From positions 32,001 through 96,000 of IMG/VR virus record IMGVR_UViG_3300037088_000361: a stretch of 64,000 nt of DNA; one strand, given 5' to 3'. Origin of the DNA: a virus. The notes below the pieces were generated by a model. It did no database searches. It was given only the letters and a program-made list of their open reading frames with translations, and was not told the DNA's origin. This document shows positions 10,401 through 19,788 of the stretch, in pieces (the first letter of the stretch is position 1; each line of letters begins with the position of its first letter). A program made the translations under genes and the position numbers.

Positions 10401-11373
10401 AGACATCCCAGTAGATAGTCCCGGAGGTGTTCAGGTTGTTGGGGTCGGCGCACCCGAAAATGTTGTAGGCAGTAGAGAAGCCCCCGGAGTTGCGCTGGAA
10501 GCAGACGGCCACTGGCATGGCATAGCTGTAGCCGTCCATCGTGCCGAGGAGGTTCGTAGTGTTGCCGTCCCCCGCCCGCCACAGACCCGTGTCCCCGGTG
10601 ATGGTGCCCATGTTGGTGAACTGGTAGACAGACCCGGAGGAGTTGACCGGGGAGACCTGCCCTGCCTGCGCATAGACCGCTTGGTTGACGCCCAGTCCCA
10701 TCGGGTCAAGACCATAACGGTACCTCGTGAAGTCGTAAGTAAGGCTTACACGCTGGACGTTCAGCCTCCACTGGATTTGCGCCCGCTGGGTAGTGCTGAG
10801 ACCATTGTTGAAGATGTCCACGGAGTCGTCCGGCATGGACTCAAGGAAGGCAAAGGAGGGGGTGACGCACCCGTAGGGGTAGAAGTAGTTCTGCCCGGTG
10901 ACAGGGTCAACGTAGTAACCCGTGACCGACCCGGCAGCAGGGCTGAGCGACTGGTACCAAAGCTCAAGGAACACCACGTAGATGTGAGCAGGCTCATCAG
11001 ATGACGCTGTGTTCCAGAATTCCGGGGCGGGCAGGACCACGCTGTTGAGGGATTGGTTGTTCAGGATTGAGCGGGGGTCGGAGCCGGTGATGGCCACGAC
11101 CTCCCCGTTGAACAGGACATCAAATCCGGGAATGGTAAGGGCGTTGGGGACAGTCGTGTCGAAAGCCATCGGCTGCCAGGTCAGGCAGCCGGAGGTCGCC
11201 GGACCGTCTGTAAGTAACTGGGAACGCTGGTACCGTTGGTTGTCCTGAGCAAGGTTGAAGTCGCTATCAGAAAGCATGTGGTCGTGTAGACCTACAACAG
11301 TCAAAAGGCTCCGCCCGGTTGGGTCAAGAGTCCTAGAGACGACTGAAGGATATTGGAATGTGCTATCTGCCAT
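7486..11373 (-). CDS. Baseplate/tail-fibre-associated structural protein with C-terminal beta-helix-like region
   Basis: 1295-aa beta-rich ORF; LYVNNVSGNDSNDGLS motif followed by a pectin-lyase-like repeat region; lies in the tail operon. Confidence 0.65.
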   Translation of the reverse strand: MADSTFQYPSVVSRTLDPTGRSLLTVVGLHDHMLSDSDFNLAQDNQRYQRSQLLTDGPATSGCLTWQPMAFDTTVPNALTIPGFDVLFNGEVVAITGSDPRSILNNQSLNSVVLPAPEFWNTASSDEPAHIYVVFLELWYQSLSPAAGSVTGYYVDPVTGQNYFYPYGCVTPSFAFLESMPDDSVDIFNNGLSTTQRAQIQWRLNVQRVSLTYDFTRYRYGLDPMGLGVNQAVYAQAGQVSPVNSSGSVYQFTNMGTITGDTGLWRAGDGNTTNLLGTMDGYSYAMPVAVCFQRNSGGFSTAYNIFGCADPNNLNTSGTIYWDVSGRFDARLADQIYPDDAVDTRQTVSLDGWEYDTLTDNGFVDLITGKLRAAIGRGKSPGSSTAALGSALDYYVSVAPANAGVINTVGQFDGFFNGFSSDLRTYYTTVQASISGTPSTPANPFGTSGTIGKTVGIPGASWELNDAFSLSLPTTTSATITSVFVQGFNTGSSGVSIPINLLGSQILISGVNSKTITVSFPNAPVFSSGSYVSPFDPGVNDLYVTIGVTYPAGGSANLIKTPIAIDGGSLYDATTGATMPVYGVSEYAIQTQQLAADPQTYQLWTENPEYSSVQFGTRVYVKVLGSSGVQQTVAGNPVTTFVVSGAGINGNGNGLYIINAWDLNSGSSSPYSVISRTINGNTCIVTIQGGVVSTSTVVMSFMASNTAQVAYNAPVKGVTQIEETVLFGNYIPSLGPFRMDPRVIVESVSYSNTANASTIVLASNGCTIKGIAGDDTNKFVWVLGQSNNLNAVQVSVADFNNGIATVVVPGVNLDISNGGSYFFFVGSILPSLAPSSIMTVEERYVPYQGEGMTGHNYEILYTVDNALITTNGSGAAPQVGLSDVYPYNRELPISNSLPTQVNWTDSSLTNMPLSTLFDNNYVAMRQNNVETTLETPLHVNDFILPMNKDIRKVITLLQGGTGGRGFAQSNPHVGFAITAPTPRTVLGQNLQSTIAPIILYVNNVSGNDSNDGLSTTAPKLTITAAVATLPPVLRHPCSIQLITTGVPYTIANISNTLQVIALGDGSIRTAKWYALANFAFSIQEEGRVVITSTATATSPIIIDATGWGGFGDGPTSAFFMDNSRVLFNNIQFQGFVNPAVYGIDSDVEFVNCVFVGNAQAGGFEQGSGVIMTGGTMSLPNYGTGFVLAQSELTVSGVALIIPAGGTPGAFFTAERASCVNLSLHSTATGQETDVAASTVVAYAQLNSSVVTDGSFQTKGSVVLTANSILSRSATIDSFLGGITKDSTSAVVAYIG

Positions 11374-11431
11374 TATTCACCTGTGCCCTGACTTCTCATC
11401 TACTTAGTAGAGGAAAGTCAGAGGATTTGAG

Positions 11432-11983
11432 ATGGCTGTTGTACTTTACAATTTCATGAACCAGCCAATTCTGGCCAGTGCGCTCGTGCAGGTCTCGGAT
11501 AGCGACAGTTTTTATTTTCCCGAGGACAATGGCCATTATGGCTATGCTTTTAACGGCTCCCACTACACGAACGGAATACAAGGTTCCCCCCCGCTCGTGG
11601 CCTCTTGGTATTCCGAGGGTGTGGGTCCATACCGGGGGTCTTCCGCCCCCTTCCCGTCCTATGGACTCATCCTTCTCGGGAGAGCGAACCTTACCATCCT
11701 TGACGAGAGCACCTCGGCGCTGAAGCTGTGGATGACCTTCCTCCTCAGTGACTTACTACTGCTCACCGACAATTTTGCCTTGGGCAACCAGAACTACTCC
11801 CCACCTGCGCTAGTGGGATACATCCCCTCGGGACTTTCCTACGCCAACGGGGTCATATCAGTAGTGTATAGCCCCGATGCAGGGGCGGAAAGCTTGGTTT
11901 ATCCCCCTCAGCCAGCAACGAGCAGTTTGATTGTAAATATTGATTTTGCTACTGACTCTGCTTGGTTGGATACTTCTCTATAA
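11432..11983 (+). CDS. Hypothetical protein
   Basis: 183-aa ORF with GAGG RBS, divergent from the tail operon. Confidence 0.65.
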   Translation: MAVVLYNFMNQPILASALVQVSDSDSFYFPEDNGHYGYAFNGSHYTNGIQGSPPLVASWYSEGVGPYRGSSAPFPSYGLILLGRANLTILDESTSALKLWMTFLLSDLLLLTDNFALGNQNYSPPALVGYIPSGLSYANGVISVVYSPDAGAESLVYPPQPATSSLIVNIDFATDSAWLDTSL

Positions 11984-12027
11984 AACGAAAAAATGAACTT
12001 TCTAAAGCCTTTATGGGGGGAAGGTTT

Positions 12028-12993
12028 ATGTTCATATATCTTATCGTCAACCATAAGACTGGCAAATATTATGTCGGGCAACATAAAGGTAACAACCTAA
12101 AGCAGTACCTTCAGAGGAAATTTTGGGATGCTAAACACCAACGCAGTGGAAGTTCCCATCTATACAATTCCATGAGAAAGTACCCTCAGTCCACGTTGTG
12201 GTCCATCCACGCTCTCCGTTCCGACATTCAGACCAAGGAGGAACTTGACCAGACCGAGCGAGATTTCATTAAGTTCCTGAAATCCCAAGACTCAGAATAC
12301 GGCTACAACATTTGTCGGGGTGGGGAAGGGCACACTGGTCCACTCTCTCTTGAAACCAGAAAAAAAATAGGTATAGCCAGCAAAAAATCATGGTTGAATC
12401 CAATTTATCGTGCTCAACTAACGAATGAAACTAAAAGACGATGGGCTAACCCTGAATTTCATACTAGAGAAACAGAGGCCCTCAGGCAAAGAAATTCCCA
12501 GCCTGAAAGATGTGCCAAGATATCCACATCTAGTAGAAAGGCTTGGGCAACTCCTGAATTCCGCATCAAGATATCTAAGGCTATAAAAGAAGCGCAAACC
12601 ACTCCTGAATTCCATACTTGGCGGTCAGAAACCAGCAAACGGATGTGGGCTGACCCAAGCTATCGTGCCAAACACTCGGAAGCGATGAATAAACTTCGGT
12701 CCGACCCTGAATACCGTATAAAGGTAGCCGAAGCTGTTAGGAAAACAAGCACTAACCCTGAGAGATGTGCCAAAATCGGCAACGCTACAAAACAAAAATG
12801 GAATGACCCAGAATACAGAGCCAAACAATCCGAAGCTAAGAAACGGATGTGGGCTGACCCAAGCTATCGTGCCAAGATATCTGAATCTAGGAAAAGGATG
12901 TGGGCTAATCCTGAATTTCATACCAAGACTTCCGCAGCCATTAGGAGAGGAAAATCAAAAATAGGAGAATCAAATGTTGCAGAAAACCGTTGA
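12028..12993 (+). CDS. GIY-YIG homing endonuclease with C-terminal W(A/N)xP(E/S)(Y/F)R tandem repeats
   Basis: FIYLIVNHKTGKYYVGQ and GYNI motifs; start re-assigned to ATG 12028 after GGAAGG. Confidence 0.85.
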   Translation: MFIYLIVNHKTGKYYVGQHKGNNLKQYLQRKFWDAKHQRSGSSHLYNSMRKYPQSTLWSIHALRSDIQTKEELDQTERDFIKFLKSQDSEYGYNICRGGEGHTGPLSLETRKKIGIASKKSWLNPIYRAQLTNETKRRWANPEFHTRETEALRQRNSQPERCAKISTSSRKAWATPEFRIKISKAIKEAQTTPEFHTWRSETSKRMWADPSYRAKHSEAMNKLRSDPEYRIKVAEAVRKTSTNPERCAKIGNATKQKWNDPEYRAKQSEAKKRMWADPSYRAKISESRKRMWANPEFHTKTSAAIRRGKSKIGESNVAENR

Positions 12994-13510
12994 CCAAATT
13001 GTCGCTGCATATCCGTGGCCACCACTGGGGCACGAGGCAAACCTCCGCCAACTCCTCGGCTTCATCGCCTCCGACGAAGCTATGCAGGACCAACGGTGGG
13101 TTGCATACCTTTTAGCCACAACAAGGCATGAAACATGGTTTACCTTCGCTCCGGTTGAAGAGAAGGGCAACGGGGCAGGGCATCCTTATGGCAATCCCGA
13201 CCCAATTACTGGTAAGGTATATGCAGGCGCTGGTTACATCCAATTAACATGGAAGGGAAATTATGAGAAATTCTCAAAGATTCTGGGGGTTGACCTAGTG
13301 AACCACCCTGAGTATGCCTTGAACCCGACCATCGCCTACAAGATAGCCTCATACGGAATGGTTCACGGGAGCTTCACGGGAGTTGGACTTGGGAAGTATA
13401 TAAACTCCGAAGAGTGCGATTATTTTAACGCTCGTCGGGTGATAAATGGTATTGACTCCGCCGACTCAATAGCTGGGTTTGCCCAAGCGTTTGAGCGCAG
13501 CCTGAGTTAA
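12974..13510 (+). CDS. Glycoside hydrolase family 19 (chitinase-like) endolysin
   Basis: AYLLAT..HET, Y.G.GYIQLTW..NY and ARRVING motifs typical of phage GH19 lysins; GGAG RBS. Confidence 0.85.
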   Translation: MLQKTVDQIVAAYPWPPLGHEANLRQLLGFIASDEAMQDQRWVAYLLATTRHETWFTFAPVEEKGNGAGHPYGNPDPITGKVYAGAGYIQLTWKGNYEKFSKILGVDLVNHPEYALNPTIAYKIASYGMVHGSFTGVGLGKYINSEECDYFNARRVINGIDSADSIAGFAQAFERSLS

Positions 13511-13791
13511 CCCCCCTCCATAACACTAATAGAAGGCAAAGGGTGCTCAACCTCTTGGAGCGGTCCCAAGGGGTCTCCTGTCCTCGGTTCCACGGACAGC
13601 TTGGCATTGCCAGAAGCATCCGTGGCAAGCTTGGCTACCTCTGAGTCGTCAACCGCCCGTGCGGAGCCGACTGCCTTGTCCAACTGATATAAGGCGAGCC
13701 CCTCCTGCGGGTCGATTCCCCCTCGGGCGTAGGTCTTTACGACGTACTGAAGATACCCGTACAGGTCGTCCTGCAACATTAAGATTCTCAC
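13507..13791 (-). CDS. Hypothetical protein
   Basis: 94-aa ORF with GGAGG RBS. Confidence 0.55.
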   Translation of the reverse strand: MRILMLQDDLYGYLQYVVKTYARGGIDPQEGLALYQLDKAVGSARAVDDSEVAKLATDASGNAKLSVEPRTGDPLGPLQEVEHPLPSISVMEGG

Positions 13792-14290
13792 GCATTTCCT
13801 CCGTAACTATAGGGTCTTTTCCAGTGTCCCATGAAAAGTAAGACCTACAAGCGTCCCACGGCTTCCTCACAGCCTTGCAGCTAAGGGCAAGGTATGAGTA
13901 GTCGGGCTTGACTTCCCCGTAATAGAGAACCTCAATCCTGACATCCGTAACCCCGTCGAACCCGAGCCGCTGCATCGCCGCCGTGGAAACGTCGATAATC
14001 CTGTCAGGGATTCCGGGTCCACGGTCATTAATACGCACTTTCACAGACTTGTTATTGTGCAGGTTGATGACGAGGACGATGCTCCCGAACGGGAGGGTCC
14101 TATGGGCGGCTGTAAGCTTGTGATAATCAAATACTTCCCCACTGGAAGTGTGTTTTCCTTGGCGTTCCTTCCCATATGCGGAAGCCTTCCCGACTGAGTC
14201 CCACTTGACCTCGACGGGTCTCGGCATTGCTGGCAAGGCATTTCCGAGAAACACCAAGAGAGCACAAAGAACAGTCTTTAATATGCTCAA
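13649..14290 (-). CDS. rlpA: RlpA-like double-psi beta-barrel lytic transglycosylase with signal peptide
   Basis: GKASAYG...T.SGE.FD...LTAAHRTLPFGS.V.V.NL.N.KSV.VRINDRGP....RIID.S; TTG start at 14290 after AGGAGG; hydrophobic N-terminus. Confidence 0.85.
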   Translation of the reverse strand: MSILKTVLCALLVFLGNALPAMPRPVEVKWDSVGKASAYGKERQGKHTSSGEVFDYHKLTAAHRTLPFGSIVLVINLHNNKSVKVRINDRGPGIPDRIIDVSTAAMQRLGFDGVTDVRIEVLYYGEVKPDYSYLALSCKAVRKPWDACRSYFSWDTGKDPIVTEEMRENLNVAGRPVRVSSVRRKDLRPRGNRPAGGARLISVGQGSRLRTGG

Positions 14291-14412
14291 ATTTCCTCCT
14301 TTTAATGCAAATTTTACGCCTATTACTCTAACCCTTTCCGCCCGGATACACAAGGCCATAGTCACATGTTTAAGGTCTGGTAGTTGTTCAATACTGGATT
14401 TAAGGGTAAAAT

Positions 14413-14589
14413 TTATGGTTCAAAGGGGGCCTTTGCTGTTGAAGACTCATGCCATATTAACTTCGTTGTACAATCTGGGCAATATCTGTCAACTTCAAAA
14501 GCCACTTCTCCCACCTTATTTCCTTCTTTGTCTGTTGGGTTCTTGGTGTACTTGCAACTAAGACAATACCATGTGCCTACCAGTGTCAT
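14413..14589 (-). CDS. Small zinc-ribbon protein (58 aa)
   Basis: Hand translation MTLVGTWYCLSCK...YCPDCTTK...; two CxxC pairs; GGAGGAG RBS; below the ORF-track length cutoff. Confidence 0.6.
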   Translation of the reverse strand: MTLVGTWYCLSCKYTKNPTDKEGNKVGEVAFEVDRYCPDCTTKLIWHESSTAKAPFEP

Positions 14590-14617
14590 AACTCCTCCGA
14601 CTTACTGAGATTTACTT

Positions 14618-15385
14618 TTATTCAAGAGACAATGGGACTGGAGTAGCCTTGAGCCTTTCTATCTCTGCTTTGAGGCGCTCAATCTCGTAAACATAGTCAG
14701 CAGCGACCCTTCGGTTGTTGGCCTGTTCTTTATCAGTTGTCCAGCGGATGTTCCCAGGCTCGTAGTTGCCGTTCTTGTTAGGGTAGCGGTCAAGGCTTAG
14801 CCCCTTAGCCCCCTCCCCTACATCCCTGAGGAAGTTATGGAAGCCGTCCTCGTTATTGTTCCATTGGGCACATACCCTGATTCCCCGTCCTCCATAGTGC
14901 TTCCACTCCTTGTGGTTGGGGTTCCTGCACCTGTCCCTCATGTTCATCCAAGCCCGCCAGGTCTTGGTGTTGCTCATCCCGTGCTTCTTCCTCTGGAAGC
15001 AGCAGCTTTTCAAGCCTTTTTTTCCTGTGACCTGATGGGTGGGAAGGCAGCACATACGGTTGCAGGCAAGGCATAGGCAGATGGACTGACGCCTGCCTTC
15101 CCTGTCTAGCTCATCCACATCCCAACCTATTATGATGTCTCCGAATCTTTGACCTGAGTAGTCCTGCCGATTTTCAATGTTTCTCCTAACCGTGGTTTCA
15201 CTCTTGAGACAGCCGCAGCTTTTAGTGTTCCCGTTGTTAAACTCGCAGGCTCCTACCGCAACCAGTTCAGGGTTTCCGCAGGAGCAGGAGCACATCCAGA
15301 TGGTCCTTGGTCCCCTGTTTTCGCCACGGTGCCTCACGGTGAGCTTTCCAGAGGTCTTGCCGGTCAAATCTATGAGCTTTGCCAT
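14618..15385 (-). CDS. HNH homing endonuclease
   Basis: DLTG...GKLTV, W.C.CSCG, SCGC, YGGRGI.VC..W and SLDR...NGNYEPGN.RW...EQANN motifs; start re-assigned to MAKL at 15385. Confidence 0.85.
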   Translation of the reverse strand: MAKLIDLTGKTSGKLTVRHRGENRGPRTIWMCSCSCGNPELVAVGACEFNNGNTKSCGCLKSETTVRRNIENRQDYSGQRFGDIIIGWDVDELDREGRRQSICLCLACNRMCCLPTHQVTGKKGLKSCCFQRKKHGMSNTKTWRAWMNMRDRCRNPNHKEWKHYGGRGIRVCAQWNNNEDGFHNFLRDVGEGAKGLSLDRYPNKNGNYEPGNIRWTTDKEQANNRRVAADYVYEIERLKAEIERLKATPVPLSLE

Positions 15386-15408
15386 AGTATCTCCTGTGAG
15401 TTTAGGAT

Positions 15409-16311
15409 TTAGGCTGCAACAGCCTCCTGAGACGGGACTGGAGTAGTGTGGCGGCCGCAAGTGCAGGGCTTGTTGCGGTTGATGTTCCAACGCTGGCAGT
15501 TGGTTATCGCTGTGGCTTTGGCGTGGGAAGCCTGCCATTTAGGGTCGGCGTGCATCTTAGCCAAGCCTGCGATGTGAGCAGCCCGCCATTCAGGGTCAGC
15601 GTGCGTCTTAGCCAAGGATGCTGCTTGAGAAGCCTTATATTCAGGGTCAGCGTGCATCTTAGCCATAGCTGCCGCGTGATTCTTCTGCCATTCAGGGTCA
15701 GCAGCATTCCTAGCTATGCCTGCGGCGTGTGCAGCTTTCCATTCAGGGGCGGCGTGCGTCTTGACCAAGGCTATGGCGTGATTCTTCTGCCATTCAGGGT
15801 CAGCATGCATCTTAGCCAAACGTGCGGCGTGCGCAGCCTTCCATTCAGGTCTAGAAGCACCCCTAGCTGCACCTGCGGCGTGTGCAGCTTTCCATTCAGG
15901 GTCAGCAGCATTCCTAGCTGCGCCTGCGGCTTGGGCATCCTTCCATCCCTGATATGCCGCTTCGTCGTCAAATACAACGAACGCCCGCATAAAGTTATAT
16001 CCCCTTCCACTCTCAGGCTGGAAGGTCTGCAGTTTGTCCATCCATTGGTTCTCAAGCTGGACCGCCAAGGTTAGTACTTCTGACTTCGTGTTTGCGGTGA
16101 CTGAATCGACTGTCTCAAGGCGGAAGCTATCCCTGCCCCGTGAGGCTATCTCACGGTCAAAAGGAATTTCGTTATCACGGCAATGGCGCTTGTCTCGGAA
16201 CTCAACATCCCAAGCGGAGCCGGTATACTCAGGCAAGCCCGTGATTATGCAGAAATAGCAGTAGATGAAGCGTGTTAAGGATTTGATGGTATCTGTAGTG
16301 GTTGTCATCAC
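15409..16311 (-). CDS. Divergent GIY-YIG-like endonuclease with ADPEW tandem repeats
   Basis: FIYCY...YTG..., E..W...L.T.....GYN; about 17-20-aa repeats containing ADPEW. Confidence 0.65.
   Translation of the reverse strand: MMTTTTDTIKSLTRFIYCYFCIITGLPEYTGSAWDVEFRDKRHCRDNEIPFDREIASRGRDSFRLETVDSVTANTKSEVLTLAVQLENQWMDKLQTFQPESGRGYNFMRAFVVFDDEAAYQGWKDAQAAGAARNAADPEWKAAHAAGAARGASRPEWKAAHAARLAKMHADPEWQKNHAIALVKTHAAPEWKAAHAAGIARNAADPEWQKNHAAAMAKMHADPEYKASQAASLAKTHADPEWRAAHIAGLAKMHADPKWQASHAKATAITNCQRWNINRNKPCTCGRHTTPVPSQEAVAA
15520..15935 (-). repeat. Imperfect 51-60-nt coding tandem repeats (core CCATTCAGGGTCAGC on +)
   Basis: The core recurs throughout and encodes the ADPEW repeats. Confidence 0.8.
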
Positions 16312-16360
16312 CTATAGTATACATCAGAATATGAGAATTTACCAAGAATTCTTATGGTGG

Positions 16361-19300
16361 CTAAAAAGAAAGCATAACACGATTCGGAATGTGGGGCTCA
16401 TAAGCGAAGGTATCGGAATCAAGAGCTTTGCCCACAACTACCACCCATTGACAGTCTTGGAGCACACTCCCCTCAAAATTTTGGGTAATCACACCTCCGA
16501 CGCCGACATATAAAAGACCACCAGGGGTCCAACCTGCGGCGGGGACTGAGAAGACTGACCCATATCCCGTCGCTATGGTCACGGGCTGTCCCGCCGTGAC
16601 GCTGGATAGGGTCACCCCGTCCACGAACGGATAGACATCATAGGGGAACGGGGGGGACAAGCTTGACGGATTAAAATTAACGGTCGTGGGGTCAATCGGT
16701 TCCACCTCCCCGTACTGGTCTACGAAGACCGCCGTGAGGGCTGGCATACTCACCTTGGCTGTCAGGGTCAGAGTTCCCCCGGAGGTGGGGGATGGTGGAA
16801 CAGGAGGTGTAACATCGGGTGATGACTGATATAGGACGGTGCTGAACATCGAGCCTGCGATGACGAACTGGTCATCTGACAGGTTGTGAGTCGCTATCAC
16901 AGTGAGGATATCCCCTTCGTTGAGGTTTACGGTGTCCCCGAACGGCAGGTTGACGGGTCCTGCTTGTAGTGGGGTGGACGCCGTGATGATGGCAACAGGG
17001 GATGGTGGGGAGCCGGAAATCGGGGTAAGGTAAACAGTGACAGTGCGGACCCCCGCTTCACCCCCGCCAATCGGTGGACTGCCGGGACCGCTAAAATTGA
17101 TTTGTCCACTGACCGCATACGCCCCGGTCGCCTGTATGGTAAAGGTGCTCGTGGTGGTGACGTAATTAGTTTGGTCAAAATCGATTTTGTCAAAGCTCAC
17201 TACCGCTCCTCCTCCCGGAGGGCTTACGGTATTGGGCAGGACATCAGTGATATCATTTACAGATTCCACTTGGAACCCGAAGTTGGATGCTGACTGCGCC
17301 TGCTGTTGAGCCAAAGATATAGCATTGTCAAACTCACCCTGGATAACGGTCGAGTACACCATCAAACTAGCGGCCGACATATTGCACTGTAGCATCGCCG
17401 CCTGCACAGGGATGGGTAACACCTGTATGTCAGGGCGGGACAAAAATGCGACCGGGTCAAAGCTCGTTCCTGTCCATCCGCTGGCCGCAGGTGTCGTCGT
17501 GGTGTTGGAAGTATAGACCACGACAGGGACGGTCGAGAACGGGAGCAGGGGGAATCCCGGTACCCATGTGCGGTTACGGCTGGCGGTGTCCACCTGTATG
17601 GCGCTGAAAATGGTCAGGTCGCCGAGCGGGTCGATGGCGGAGTCCAAGGACAGGGGGTAGGCGGACACAATGCCGACAAGATAGGGGTCCTGCACGAGGA
17701 GCGCCTGCAGGTTGCCGTTGAACTCCCTCCAGAACTGGCTGAACCTGTCCACTACCGTGGCTATAGCAAACTGGTCATAGGTGTAGCGGTATTGTGGCTG
17801 CGGACTTTGGTATGTGGTGTCAAGCAAAATCCTAGCCGCTGCTGTAGTGATGACCTGCTGGAGATTATTGGTGAGGGCGGACGGGAATGTGCAGGACACT
17901 GGATAAGTCGCCAACCCTTCCCCGAGGACGATAGTCGTCGTCTCGGTCTTGACGATGTTTAGCATCGCATAGTCGAGGTCCGTTCCCGTGAATGTGCCCA
18001 CATAGTTGTTGTCGGCATATCCGTCCCATGTGGTATTACGGATGTAGCCCAGCATTGCCGCCTCGACATACGATAGCTTCCACAGGGCATTCCCCTGCTC
18101 CTCGGTGGGAACAGGAGGAGAACTGGGTGGAGATAGCGTGATGATGAACGGCAGCCCAGTTGGACCAGCAGTAAGTGTATCCCCCGGCAAAACACGATTC
18201 CATGGCACGGGGGTGGTGCTGAGGTAGTCCACGGACGGCTGCACGAAGGTTTGATATGCATCATCAAAACTTGGCAACCATTGTCCCTGCCTGCCGGTGC
18301 CACTTGGATTGTTGCGTGCCCCGCTGACATAGTAGAGCCACGCCGCCGTCAGGTTGGGCTCGAAGTTGCTGGAGACCACCTGACCGAGGGTGACATACCT
18401 TGCAAGGTCCTTGCGGAGGGTTGCCGGGACTTGGGTGGTGACATCAGGGAGAAGACCGGGGATGGTGCTTAGGATGTTCGCCGCATAGGTCTGCGGGGGC
18501 ATCTGGTAATCGCTGATGATGGTATTGGGGTCGGGCAAACTACCCTGCATCGAGGTAAACGGGTTGAAGGTGCCAGATACCTGCTCGGTAACCGGGGGAG
18601 ACCCACTGGTCACGGGATAAGTATAGGACGGGTCCACGGTATAATAGGGGACATCCGTTGTGGTCTGCATCTTCTGGAAGAAGGGACCGCTGCTGAGGTT
18701 AACCCCAGTATTGGGGATGATGCCGCCAAGCGGTGGGACGATAGGCGGTGCCCCATAGGTCAGCCCGTTGTAGGAGTTCACGGTCGAGGGGTAGTTTTGA
18801 AGCACATTCACATTAGGCAGGTGGATGTTGCACTGCTTGAAGGCGAAGTTAAAATCGAAGTTCGGGTGTGGGATGAAGGACGCCAGCGGGAAGAAGTTGA
18901 ACCCGTTCCAGTTCCAGATGTTGTCTGAGAAGAGATTGGGGATGGCCGGGAGGTCCGGGATGCCCCAATTGCATATGTCGTGGAGCAAGGAGGCAATGGC
19001 GTTGAGGTTCTCCTGAATCATCGCCAAGATGTTCGCCTCCATAGACTGGAGGATACCGATGTTCTTGGTGAGTGCTGAGATAAGTTGGATGATGTTCCGC
19101 TGGAATGCGGAGACCTGCTGCATAAAGCTTATGATGTCGTAGCCAAACTTAAGGCTGCGGATAGGGTTGTCAAACTTTCCGTCCGTCCCTAGCTTCACAT
19201 GGTTGAAAAGTGACTGTATATGGTCGAGGGCGTGCTTCTTCTCCTCCATCAACCAGTTGTTGGCGTCAGTGATGGACTTCTGCATCTCCCTGCCGTCCTC

Positions 19301-19420
19301 AAGGGCAGAGTGATAGAAGGTTTCCACCCGCTGGTCCCCGAGGGGATGCCAGTTGGTGACTGCCTTCTTCGCCCGAATTGGCCAAGTCAAACTAGCTTGT
19401 AGATTAGGAGGTAGTCCCAT
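16361..19420 (-). CDS. Large structural protein with C-terminal C1q-like and decoration-like domains
   Basis: 1019 aa; VVSFD..DFD....TFTIQATGAYAVSGQINF resembles a C1q/TNF fold; WTPGG.LYVG..G.IT C-terminus; P/S/T-rich. Confidence 0.6.
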   Translation of the reverse strand: MGLPPNLQASLTWPIRAKKAVTNWHPLGDQRVETFYHSALEDGREMQKSITDANNWLMEEKKHALDHIQSLFNHVKLGTDGKFDNPIRSLKFGYDIISFMQQVSAFQRNIIQLISALTKNIGILQSMEANILAMIQENLNAIASLLHDICNWGIPDLPAIPNLFSDNIWNWNGFNFFPLASFIPHPNFDFNFAFKQCNIHLPNVNVLQNYPSTVNSYNGLTYGAPPIVPPLGGIIPNTGVNLSSGPFFQKMQTTTDVPYYTVDPSYTYPVTSGSPPVTEQVSGTFNPFTSMQGSLPDPNTIISDYQMPPQTYAANILSTIPGLLPDVTTQVPATLRKDLARYVTLGQVVSSNFEPNLTAAWLYYVSGARNNPSGTGRQGQWLPSFDDAYQTFVQPSVDYLSTTPVPWNRVLPGDTLTAGPTGLPFIITLSPPSSPPVPTEEQGNALWKLSYVEAAMLGYIRNTTWDGYADNNYVGTFTGTDLDYAMLNIVKTETTTIVLGEGLATYPVSCTFPSALTNNLQQVITTAAARILLDTTYQSPQPQYRYTYDQFAIATVVDRFSQFWREFNGNLQALLVQDPYLVGIVSAYPLSLDSAIDPLGDLTIFSAIQVDTASRNRTWVPGFPLLPFSTVPVVVYTSNTTTTPAASGWTGTSFDPVAFLSRPDIQVLPIPVQAAMLQCNMSAASLMVYSTVIQGEFDNAISLAQQQAQSASNFGFQVESVNDITDVLPNTVSPPGGGAVVSFDKIDFDQTNYVTTTSTFTIQATGAYAVSGQINFSGPGSPPIGGGEAGVRTVTVYLTPISGSPPSPVAIITASTPLQAGPVNLPFGDTVNLNEGDILTVIATHNLSDDQFVIAGSMFSTVLYQSSPDVTPPVPPSPTSGGTLTLTAKVSMPALTAVFVDQYGEVEPIDPTTVNFNPSSLSPPFPYDVYPFVDGVTLSSVTAGQPVTIATGYGSVFSVPAAGWTPGGLLYVGVGGVITQNFEGSVLQDCQWVVVVGKALDSDTFAYEPHIPNRVMLSF

Positions 19421-19748
19421 AAGTTGTTTTTCCTACAACCACCACGGGTCCGACATTGGGTGCCTCATCCGTTTTCTTGTCAATCTCAAGGAATTCCCTG
19501 AGCTTGTCAAAAACTTGTTTTTTCCCGGCATTCCTGCCTGTTTCCCATATGTTTTCATACCCCTCCTTGCCAGGAGAATACCAATACACGGCGCTTCTCA
19601 CCGCCTCATCCATCTGATAGCAGGCTAGACAATCATCCACAGAACAGGCTGGGTGTACTTTAACCTGCCTAAGACAAGCATAAGGATGCGGAGGAACAGC
19701 ATGACAGATGCTTGGCGGGAGCGGTTTTAACAACTTTGAGTCGCTCAT
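19404..19748 (-). CDS. Hypothetical protein
   Basis: 114-aa ORF overlapping the downstream start. Confidence 0.5.
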   Translation of the reverse strand: MSDSKLLKPLPPSICHAVPPHPYACLRQVKVHPACSVDDCLACYQMDEAVRSAVYWYSPGKEGYENIWETGRNAGKKQVFDKLREFLEIDKKTDEAPNVGPVVVVGKTTYGTTS

Positions 19749-19788
19749 TGCTTAAATCCTTTCACACAGCTAAACATTTATTTATCTA

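Noticed and set aside
15520-15935. CRISPR-like repeat-spacer pattern
   Set aside because: The intervening segments are themselves similar and in frame within an endonuclease ORF.
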